A stretch of 63,869 nucleotides of DNA, the filler included, from Dimorphilus gyrociliatus (Eukaryota; Animalia; Annelida), in the NCBI GenBank assembly GCA_904063045.1. It is 4 parts of 4 records of this genome, joined end to end, with 100 filler letters (N's around TTAATTAATTAA, not from the genome) between each part and the next. Parts side by side here need not be neighbours in the genome. Positions count along the whole stretch, not along the records: positions 1 to 28,287 come from CAJFCJ010000144.1; 3 more parts are not named here. One strand, given 5' to 3'. This document shows positions 1-11,400 of the stretch, in pieces (within the stretch, counting starts at the first letter, position 1; each line of letters opens with the position of its first letter). Position numbers and translations under genes: made by a program. Under the pieces are notes generated by a model, which worked only from the letters and a program-made list of their open reading frames with translations, was not told the origin of the DNA and searched no databases.

Positions 1-1682
1 AAAATTTTCAAACGGTAGAAAATGGTTTTAAAATGGTGTGTAAAGGATTAAAATCCTCTTCAAACACATTAAAACATGTCTATTTTAGTTGTTGCGAATT
101 GAATTCTAAGCAAGCAGATTATCTTGGAGAAGTATTTCAATACTGTTTTTCATTGGAACACATTGATTTATCTTTTAATTCCAAAATGAATAATGACGAT
201 AGAGAAGGATTCAAAAAGATATGCCAGAATTTAAAATCATCCTCCCACACTCTTAGAAGTATCAATCTGAAAAAGTGTAATTTGAATAAGGACCAGGCTA
301 AATATTTAGCGGAAATATTAAGTAAATGCTCCTTCTTAGAAAATGTAAACTTGTCGAAAAATTTTAAAATGAAACATAGTTTTGAAAGCATTTGTAAAGG
401 ATTGAAATCATCTTCGAACACTTTAAAACATTTAAATTTAAGCAAATGCGAATTGAGTAATTTCCCAGCTACTTGTCTTGGAGAAACACTTGGAAAATGT
501 TCTTCATTGGAAAGTCTTAATCTATCTTACAATTTTGAAATGGGAAGTGGATTTGAAAGTATTTGCCAAGAACTTTATTCGTCTTCAAGTACTTTAAAGC
601 GAGTGATTGCAACTAATTGTAACTTTGATCAGGATCAACAACAAACCAATCATCTAGGGGAGCTATTTGAAAAATACAACAAACAAATTGGAGGAACAAA
701 CTAATTGTCTTGGAGAAACTTTTAAAGAATGTTTTTCTTTGGAGAATGTTGATTTAGCTTTTAATTCTAACATGGGCGACAATGGAATTAAGATGATTTG
801 TAAAGGACTCAAATCATCCTCAGACAGTTTACAACAGATAAGAGTTGACTCTTGTGAATTGAGCGATAATGGAGCAAAATATCTAGGAGATTTATTTGCA
901 AAATGCTTATCATTAGAGGAAGTTAATATGTCGAATAATTCAAAAATGGGTAATGAAGGATTTGAAAAGATTTGTAATGGACTGGAATCATCTTTCAAGA
1001 CTTTAAAGCAAATTAAAATGAAAGATTGTGAATTGAATGAGAATTGTATGAAAAATTTTACAAAAACAATATCAGAGTGCACTTCAATAGAATTTCTTGA
1101 CTTGGCTAACAATTCTAAAATGAAGGATGCATTTTCATTATTTTGCCAGGAACTCGGATCCTTTTCCTACACTCTGAAGCGTATTAGCGTAAGTAACTGT
1201 AAATTGAGTAGTAGTCAAGCAAGTGATCTTGGAGAAGCACTCAAGAATTGCTTACAACTGGAAAATGTTGATTTAGATCATAATGCTGAAATGGGAGAAA
1301 ATGGATTTGAAAAAATTTGCATAGGACTCGAACCTTCTTCAAACTCCCTGGAAGAAATCCGATTAAGTTCATGCAAATTGAATTCAAATCAAGCGAAACG
1401 CCTTGGAAAAACATTTGAATGCTGCTCTTCATTAGAAGTTGTTGATTTGAGTAATAATTCTATAATGGAGATGATGGATTTCAAATAATTTGCCAAGGAC
1501 TTCAATCCTCTTGTTTAACTTTAAAAGAAATTAAAATAAATGATTGTAAATTGAACGCAAAGCAGGAAAAATGCCAGAAAGAATTATTTGAAAAATGTTT
1601 TACTCTGAGGAATCAACCTAAAATGACACATGGAATCCAAGGCAAAAAAAAAGTTGTTAAGAAACAAAATGGTAGCAAATAG
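1..1682 (+). pseudogene. Ribonuclease-inhibitor/NLRC3-like LRR gene, 5'-truncated by the window edge, with two frameshifts
   Basis: ORFs 33-704 and 667-1488 contain 57-61 aa alternating repeats (LExVDLSxNxxMGxxGFxxICxGLKSSSxTLKxIxLxxCxL). The frame switches near 690-700 with no GT-AG intron. A second switch at about 1468 (atggag for atgggag) resumes GDDGFQIICQGLQSSCLTLKEIKINDCKL to a TAG at 1680-1682. Confidence 0.85.
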
Positions 1683-1740
1683 GCTTTGTCTGATGCTGGA
1701 AACACTTTTTACAGCTAGACAAGATGATAACAAGGCAACA

Positions 1741-1900
1741 AGGTTCCCAGGCTACCAAACTTGTGTCCAATGTTGAAGAATTAGCAAGGTCCTGATGGAT
1801 GTTGTTTCCAGTTGATCCTTCCAGGTTGTGGTTAGATGATTGGAGTGAAACAGTGAGGATTTATATACTTGAAGACTTTTCTCTACTGTCCAATCACCAC
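1741..1900 (-). repeat. LTR/promoter-like dispersed repeat, copy 1 (homologous to 16467-16628)
   Basis: Colinear similarity with 16467-16628 (ccaatgttgaa..gtcct..ttccagtt..atcct..gagtgaaa..gaggatttatata..cttgaa.acttttct.tact.tccaatcacca). The minus strand carries ATTGG followed by a TATATAAA box. Confidence 0.6.
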
Positions 1901-2143
1901 TTTACAGCTACGAACCCAGCTAGTTCATATTTGTCATTAGAACAATATATTACAAAGTCAGTACACTATATTCAATACAAAAATATTTTAAATATATGAA
2001 ATTCTTTATCATTTATAATTTTTCAAAAAGATGAGGTGTGCTATCAATTTATTCATTTAGCATATTATGCCTACAACATTAAAAATACAATATAGATATT
2101 GATTTTCAAATGAAAGTTGACATTTTTGTTTTATGCCTTATTT

Positions 2144-3287
2144 TCAAAGCTTTTTATAGATCATATCAGAAATTGTAGTTGGAGCGTAAGACAATGGAAT
2201 TATTAAGTATTTCGGTAAGAAACCAACTGTATAACGATTCCTCGGCCATTTTGAAAGTATTGAATGTTCATAAGCGTCTGTAACTTTGTATAAATCATTT
2301 GATCCAGATTTCTTGGTTTTTTTTTTGTTATATGTTTTTGAAACTGTAAAAAAAAACTATATAAATATTTTAGCTCTAAAACAAAAAAAACCACCAATTT
2401 GATGGACAATTTTTACAGGTTTTAAGGTACATTTCTTCACTTGGATATTTTTCCTTTACCCATTTCGAAGCTCTCTTGTAACTGTTCAAAACTCTTTGAA
2501 TATCCGAATTGTTTTTACGTATATCCGTTCGAAATTTTCCAGGTTCGATTGTATGAACAGAAACATTCCAGTCTAGGCATTTTAGATGAAATCTGTTTTT
2601 GGTTTTATGCATTTTTTTTTGCATTGAAATTTCTAGAATTATTGTTAAGCTTACCCTAAAATGCTTGACAGACCCTCAATACCATTTTTAGACATACCGT
2701 AGTATAAATTTGCAGATTGACTTCGTCCAGCCATAGATCCCATGTTAATAATTCTACCTTTAGCTCTATTAATTAATTCGAGAAATTTAAAGCACATTAC
2801 TGCGGGTGCAACTGCATTTACTCTTAAAACTTCCACTAATTCTTTTACTAAAAGAGTATCTGGAGTACCGCAACAGTTTCCAATAATTCCTGCATTGTTT
2901 ACTAAGGCGTGCAAACCTTTATCCCCTACCTTTTTTGCTACCGTTTCTTTTAGATTATCAATTTCCGCTTCATTGCAAACATTTAAAATGTACGTTGTCA
3001 ATTTACTTGAACAGGATTCCGTAAGCTCCTTAGATCCATTTTCAGTTAGGCATGTTGCAATTACATTCATTCCTAAGCCGTCTAGACGCTTTGCCAGTAA
3101 ATTTCCAAAGCCTGTGGAGACGAAATAGTGTACAATAGACAAATAAAAGTATATAATTACCAGTATCGCATCCCGTTATTAGAACGTATTTGTCTTGTAT
3201 ATTTTCGATATAGAAAGACCTTATGAACCATTCTATAAGCCTTGCGAAAACTATTAAAAGAATAACCCAGCCAATGATAACAAACAT
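2144..3287 (-). CDS. Short-chain dehydrogenase/reductase, SDR9C type (RDH/HSD17B6/DHRS9-like), 4 exons, intact
   Basis: Exons 3287-3161, 3111-2655, 2592-2417, 2343-2144 joined by GT-AG introns of 49, 62 and 73 nt. N-terminal hydrophobic anchor, TGCDTGFG, VNNAG, catalytic YGMSK, IEPG, and the family C-terminus KWPRNRYTVG..IIPLSYAP. Confidence 0.93.
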
Positions 3288-4869
3288 AATGTTTTCACCG
3301 CCCTGATGACAAGCAGACTGTAATTTTTTAGCAGGGTTTTTTTTTCAACAAACAAACAAACAAACTCAAATTAAAGCTCAATGAATTGAATGGTAACATA
3401 TTTTTATTATTATTATATTTTAATTCATTATCAGTTGATATGGAAGATTTTTTAAAGGTTATCTACTACTTCTGCTTGTAATAAATACCATACTAGGAAA
3501 CAGCTGCTCCCAATTTTTTAAATCTTTTCAATACTAATACAACTTACGCCATCTGTTTGCATCTATGGAAATAATAACACTGCAATAATTGTAAACCTAA
3601 CCTAGAAGAGCCTATTCTCTGTTTCTTGTATTCGTAGAATAAATAGGTCAAACAGTTATTTGAGAAATTGAGTATTAAAATCTCCAATTTTTAAATGCGA
3701 GACTATTACAATTGTAAGAAGCTTTTTCGTATTTAAAGCCTAAGCTTGAATATTCTGAAACATAAACGTTCAAATTTGATGATGACGACACTAATTTGAA
3801 GCCAAATAATGTAGATCAAGAAAATCTTTAGATAGCACAATTCGGCATTTTTCCTTTTTACTTCTTTCCTTGCTATACATTCCGAAAACTTTGACATCCC
3901 AAAACTGTAAATTAACACCCAGATGTTCGTGTTCAATGTATTCGAATGAGCCATCTAGTGGCAAACTACACGTTAATTTATTCCTTGCAATATCATCATC
4001 GCAATTTATTGCTATATCGACTGTAAATTTTAACAGGAGTATAGGGAAAACTGGTAATTGTATAGGGAAGAAAATAGCTGCAAAGCTGAAAATTTGAATA
4101 TGTAAAAGGTATTTATACAACTCATGATCAAGTAACTAAATGCAAGAAAACTGAAACTGAAGATTTTTCCTTGATCAAATAATAGATATATCAATTATAG
4201 ATATGTAGATAAATAGAAATATTCATACCAATTCAATTCTGAGGGATTATTAGTCAATATGAACGATAAAAGACAAACTTATCAATCTATCTAAATTGTT
4301 TATCAAATGGAAAAAGAACAAAAAGAAAGTGTTGACAAAATTCTATTTGTAATATTTTTTCCAGGATAATCTAGGACATTTAGAACATTGAATAATCAAT
4401 ACATTTCTGTCATTTAGTAAAATTCTAAAAATAGAAATTGATAGAAGAAGAATGAAAAACCAATCAATCAGTTTGTACTGATAAATCTTACAATTGTCAC
4501 GTGGTATAGAGTTCATAAAGAGAGCAGTCTTTTTGATTATACCAAGAAAATCCTTGGTGTGTTTTTCTAGTGTATTCTAAAATAATATATTTCGTAATCT
4601 GTGTTTTTTGTATTAAAATTGCCAGAAATAATTAATTGTTTAAATAATTTATTTGTAATAAGGTAAATTTAATCATAATATAATTCTTTTGTAGTGTCTT
4701 TTAGAATGTTTTTTATCCTCTTCCTATAGGAAAAACTTTCTACTGATTGGCTATTTTTCTAACCAATCAGAGTTAATTTTAAAGGTGAAGGAAAACAATG
4801 ACCATCATCTGTTTATCAACAAAAGTTTGAGCAACTGAAAGGAGAACTCTGAAAAGAAATTATTTGTGG

Positions 4870-5110
4870 ATTAGCTTGAATACATTGAAGAAACATTGAT
4901 TAAAAGCAGTGTGTGGCCTCCTCAATTTTGGTCTGTTTATCAATTAGTTGTGAGGACAAACAACTATGTTGAGGCATGGCATTTCAGAGTTAACAGAAAC
5001 TTGAAAATGGATGAGGTCTTTTATTCTCTAATAAAAGAATTAAGAAGAGAAGCTGAATTAGTAGAGAAGAAGTATAAAGATTTACAATTTAAAATATTTC
5101 AGTTATGGAG
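4870..5110 (+). mobile_element. MULE/Mutator transposase C-terminal relic
   Basis: LEYIEETLIKSSVWPPQFWSVYQLVVRTNNYVEAWHFRVN..FYSLIKELRREAE matches the W-S-V..RTNNxxExWHxxLN motif of MULE transposases. No TIRs seen. Confidence 0.75.
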
Positions 5111-5407
5111 TAAATTCGAAGAAAGAGAAATGAGTTTGGATGAATTATTGGATACACTCTTAATACTATTGATATTTCTTGCTCTGCATTTTATTTTGTT
5201 ATATTTTCTACTAAGTTTTAATTAATTGTCAGAAGATAATGTCCTGTAGTAATTGCTCAACTAACATTTATAGAAATGCGAAATATAAGATTTTCGAGTA
5301 AATGTCAAATCTATAGAATATTTAAAATTTTATATTAAAAAAATAGTAATGAAAAATATTTTAAAAGCTAAAAACAATTGTCATTTAAACAAAATAAATC
5401 TGATAGA

Positions 5408-8400
5408 ATGCTATTCATACTAGTATTGTTATTTTGTTATTTGAATAGAGCTGAGAAATTTGAAAGTGAAGGAAAATATTTTTTAGATATTATTCAAGAA
5501 ACTGAACAATATGCTGAAGGATATTTAAAAATTTTCATTAAAAATAAAGTCTATCCTATCCATTTTGAATTTGGAAAGAGAGATTTTCCATCAAGCATGT
5601 GTGGAATTATGGGATATGATGATCTATTTACCCTTTCCTATACAACTGGCAAAGAGACACCTAAAAAAATTGAAATAGTTTATGATGATGAAAAATGCTG
5701 TTTTCTGTAAATTAAAAGAAAATTATTGCAGACTCATCTATTTTATGGTCAATTAATTTGTCCATTAATAGATGGTTTGTTACCATATATACTATAAATT
5801 CAATTGAACTTTTCTTTAGGAAATACCACAAAAGTAAATCATATGACTATGAATTAATAGTGAAATGTTCCAAAAATAATTCTCAATGTCGGCAATTAAT
5901 TTTTTCAGTCTTTTATTAAGAAAATACAATTATAAAATGTAAATGTATACTTTAAAATAGATATTTTTAGTATGGCAACTTCACGGCTGAAATTCCATAA
6001 ACTTTATCTAAGAAGAGAGAAAACTGTATATGAAATTTTTACCCTAAATGATTATGATAAAAAGAGAATATGTGAAAAAACATTACTGTCAATAAAAAAA
6101 ACATTTGAAAATAGATTACAGTTACAAAGTCTTCAAAAAGTACTTTTATTGATAAATAACGATACTTTCAAATTTGTTTACAACTACTCAAAATCAATGA
6201 CAAATGGTTATGAAATATTTTGCACACAAAGTGATTTAAAAGGTGTCGATTTCACTTATTTTATAAAAACAAAACAACTAAAATTATTTTCCAGAGATAA
6301 AGAAAATTTTGAAAGGAATTGCTTTATCAAGTGTTTATGTTCATAAATACCAACTTGATCTATTTCCATACAGCGTTGAATCAAAATCTTACGGAATAGT
6401 GCCTTTAGCATTTAGCCTATTTCTTAAAAATGACGTTTGTTGTTCATACATATGTTGGGGTATCGATAAACTAATACCCATAAAATCTACTTGTAAATCA
6501 ACTATAATTTTTCCAAAGGTTTCCAACTTCTACACCAAAAAGAAATCAAACTTAATAATTTAAACATTTGAAATTTCCAGAAAATGTTGCCAGTTATACA
6601 ACCTTGCAATGATACTTTTACAAACATTCTTGATTGTTCTATATATAATTTGCCTAAAATAAATAAAATCAGAGTAATAACAATTGATTGCGAATACAAT
6701 TTTGAAAAAGGTAAATGTTTGTTTTAGTAGACTTTTCGGGGAAAAGAGGAAACTTCAAATTTCTTTAAACTAGTAAATAATTATAAAAAGTGACTTTTCA
6801 GTGCCTGGGATGTTGAATTTAAACAATATTCAATTACTGTTCAATAAATATAGAATGGAAGCTAAATATGATATTGGAGTATTAAAGCTAAGATTAAAAA
6901 ACAATCAATCAGATATATTTAACATTCAATACAAAAAATTGCCTAATAAAATACTAGCACAAATTTGTTCAACAATTGGCTATGATAATCTTTTTTCTCT
7001 TATGTATCCTTGGCAAAACTCTCTAACGAAAAATAATCATAAATATTATGATATTTTTTCAAAATCTTTTACATTTTGTTGCTATTTGTAAGTTTATTTT
7101 AAACTAATAAATCATTTTTGAATTTACTTGGAAAAAAATTCAAATTTAAAAAATTTAATATAGTCTACCTGGAAAGAAAGTTGATACATATAATGGAATG
7201 AGTTTAAAATGTTTCAAAAGAAATGTTTCCTGTATGTACTTCCACTTTTTTTTGCATATATATGAATAGGAGGGGAGTAAAATAGCCAAGATAAGTAGAA
7301 ATGTTGAGAGTAGGAGATAGAGGTGGAGATAGAAGGAAAGATAGAGCAAAAGACAGAGTAGTGTAAGAATTAAAAGAGAATTCTAAAATTTTAAAATAAA
7401 AAGATAAGAAAAAACACAACTGATTCTTTTCTATCTTTGAAATAGAAATTCTACAATATGTTTTTTTCAGATATTTTTGCAAATTCCAGAACAAACAGTA
7501 AACTAACTGATCTATATTTTAGAATAAATACAAAAAATTTTAAAATTTATGGAAATGCTAAAAAAAGAAAAAGTTTTTGCAAGAAAAGTGAATTTCTTCT
7601 ATTTAAAAAATTGTCTAAAAAATCCCATAAGAAAATATATTTTGATGAAAATATGGCTATTTTGAACATTAGTAGAAAAAAATCCAAAGAAATTCTCTGT
7701 CCCATGAAATATTTAAATGGTAAAGAAATTTCAATATTTGATTTACTGCCCTCTCTTTCTCTTTCTGTTTTTTCTGTGTGACTGTTTCTTTATATCTGAA
7801 TTTTTTTATTCTGTTTTCTCTATGAGCATAGATCTCACACCTATCCATTCTAATATGAACAACTACTCATCTTTTCAACTATTCTCACTTTTTGGAAAGA
7901 AATATGACATATTTTTTGAATCAAAAAACTATGGTCTAGTACTACCATATTTTAAAAAAAAGGTCAACATATTCAAGTTGTGTAAAAATGTATGCAAGAA
8001 ATTATCAATGGCTCTAAATTCCTTATCATGCTATAGAACAAATCGTTATTCATCAGCAGTTAATACTAAACATATTTTAGAACTTTTTAAGTGAATTTTT
8101 TTGCAGCAATTTAAGCAGAAGCGATTGTTAATTGGAAATTGTAAACAACCTTCAAAATATGAAAGATGTACTTTGAATAGAACAGAAGGAAATTTTTATG
8201 AAGCCTTTATGTTTTGCGATACAATTCAAACAGAATATAGTAACTCTTTCATTTTTTTCTTATATTTAAAGAATGGCTGATTCTTAAGTAGAATCTGTAA
8301 TTGAATAGGAGATAAGCAAAATTAAAACTTCTTCAAGCATATACAATTTCTTTTACTTATTGTAGAATATCGTTTCTACTCTATAAACGAAGATACTATT

Positions 8401-11400
8401 AAATATAAAATTGATAGGAAATATAAGAAATATGCAAGTATTTTTCAAATATTATATAAAAATGTCTGGTACAATTTTCGATTCATTGAGTACTTTGAAA
8501 TTCAAATTATATGTAAATATTTTGGTTTTAATTATGGGAAAATTATTCAAGAATCAAATATCCTTGATTATATAACTGCTTTTAAAATATATAAAATGAA
8601 GAGTGTTGATGCTTTTGAGACATTAATATGTAAGAATGAGTCACTTCCACATTGTACTTTGAAAAAGAAAAGGTAATAGATATAAGTTCTTTGTACTATT
8701 TTTTGTACAAAATCAATACTTGAATTAATTATGTCAATGTTAAAAGCAAATCAAAAAATTGGCTGCCTTTTCACATAGAATGTTCCAATGATGAACCTCT
8801 TGAAAGTAAGACCATTGCAATTAATTTATTTGTATAATTAATCTAATTTTCAAATAAAATTTACTGATTGCCCAACAAAATCTGCCCTTTTAATCTATGA
8901 TGTTTGTTATTATACATTCAAGTATAATAAACTACTATTAATATCGGAAATGAAAGAGTTTTGTGCAAAAAAGAATTTGACATACTCTGATTATCCAACA
9001 TTTAATTCACTATTTGTCATGCTGTTCTTATCTTCTGTCAAAGAGCCAAAAGTTGATATGTTTTCAAAGAATAATCCATTTAGTTTTCAAAGTGAGGCTT
9101 TTGATGTTTTAAAAATATATTGTTAAAGAAAGGTTGTTTACAATTCTTTTAGTTTTTGAGAAGAAAAATTATAGAAGAAATACTTACATTTTTGTATCAA
9201 CAAGTGGAAGAACATTAACTGTTCCTCCGTATTTCAACAATGATGTATGTATCTTGAGAGATTGTGTCGAGTGTTCCACTATTTTGTTTCCATAGAGAAA
9301 TACACAACTGACACATTTAAATAAACATTTATTACTACCTGCTGATTTCACTGGAAAAAATTTTGAAACATGCAAAACTGTATTATATCAAATTGAATTT
9401 CAAGTAAATATTTGTAACATGAGTATTATAATCATAAATATTTGCAATTTGATATTAGATATATGAGATTGAATATATAGACACCCTGACCATTTCGCAA
9501 TCACAGTTAAACTGCTTAGAAGGCTGGCAGCAGTATATAGTTTGCCAAAAGATTTTAAGTATTAAAAGGATATGAATTGAAATTATTGAACTTATTCTAA
9601 TTTCTTTTTTGAATAAAGATTTTAAATTTGATTTAAACTATATTAACAATATTTCATTAACAAAAGATATAACAAAACATCCAAATGCATTCTATTGTTC
9701 ACAATTTGAAATTTACATAAATATTATTTATGTGTCTGATGGAAATAATGATTGTTTTTCAAATGAAGATGAACAACAGGAAAACAATTCAATCAACTTT
9801 TTCCAATGTTTTACAACAAAACAAAAAATCTCTTTAGTTAATGTTTGTAACTTTAAATATGATTGTCAGGATAGATCTGATGAGCTACATTGTGGTTGAG
9901 TACTTTAAATAGAATTGCTAGAGAAGGGTGAAGGGTAAAAGTAGACTGGGCAATGATTTTTGAAATTAAAAATGTTTAATTTCTATTTCTTGTTTTTATT
10001 TTTTTCATTGTTTCAGAATATAAGAAATGTACTATTGGGCAAAGGTAATTATTTAATTAGTTTTCTTTATCATTAACTAACTGAATTAGAATAAGTGAAA
10101 ATTGATTTGGATCATGTACAGTCAGTCACAAGCAGTATTTTTCGTTTATAGATAGTTCGTAGAGGTAGTTTCCCAAGGTTCTCAGTCAGACACTCATGCA
10201 GCTATTTCAAGCAATTTTTTCAATGCATCCTAAAGTGCTGGAGGATAAACCCTCCTGGCATTCTTCTTAATACAGAAGGGTAAAGTCTCTGTCTTTAAAA
10301 AATTCAGGAATAATACCTAGGAACACTTCTTTTGTATTTATGAAATTAGTCAACATAAAAGTAAAAAAATTCTAAAAGTGAGAGAAAATAGCTTAAAATA
10401 AAAAAGCAACAATAATCTACTTATATGGCCATATTAAAAGCATAGGGTATGTGATCAGAAAAATCAAATATTTTTTTTCAAAAAAACATCTCTCTAGTTA
10501 TTATATATTTACATTGTATCAATTCCCTATTTTTGGCCACCCCCTATTTTCTTTAATTATTAAGATTATTTTTGATTAACATTAATTTTACTCAAGAAAA
10601 ATATGACATGACAACTGTGCCTTTATAATCAACATATTCAACTAATCAAATCTTAACACACAAGAAATTAAAAGCTATTTTGCGAGACGACATTGGATAA
10701 GAACCAAGATATTGGGAAGAGTATAATATTTTTAGCTGAAAGTTCCATAGAGCTTTATCTAGAAAAGAAAATTTGGCTATGCAGGGGCTGCAGCAAACAA
10801 TATGAGCCCAACTTCATAAAAAAAGCCATAAGAACAGAAAATGCATCTATTTTCATTTGGAGATGAATAAAGTCAGATAGGACAAGATCAATAAAATTAT
10901 ATGATGGATACATGAATAGTACCTTTACAAAGAGATCCTCAAAGATGAGCTGTGTCCAATTTATGATACAGATAACCTGCTTATCCAGGATGGCTAAAAA
11001 ATAAGGATATTGGGTATTTTTCATGATTATTTCAGAATATAAAATATTTTGTTATTGAAAGAGTGAAATTAGTTGAATATGTTGACTATAAAGCCACAAT
11101 TGTCATATGATATTTTTGCAAAGTAAAATGAATGTTAAACAATAATAATGTTAATTATTTTAGAAAATTGGGAGGTGGCCAAAAATGGGGTATTGGCACT
11201 GGATATATCTATTCCTCATGCCAATTTTAGTTAATAGATAAACTAATGATCTCAATCCTTCTTCAACTCTTAGATCATGCCATAATAAACAATGCATTCC
11301 CAATGAACATATTTGTAATAATGAAAGAAATTGCCTTGATTATAGTGATGAAATCTGTAAGAGTTATCAATCAATTTCCAAAGATTTTAACAAAGGTAAA

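Noticed and set aside
9184-9375. Minus-strand Cys-containing ORF inside receptor A
   Set aside because: The plus strand encodes spliceable exons homologous to receptor D (FVSTSGRTLTVPPYF vs FMRNNRPITVTPSNF).
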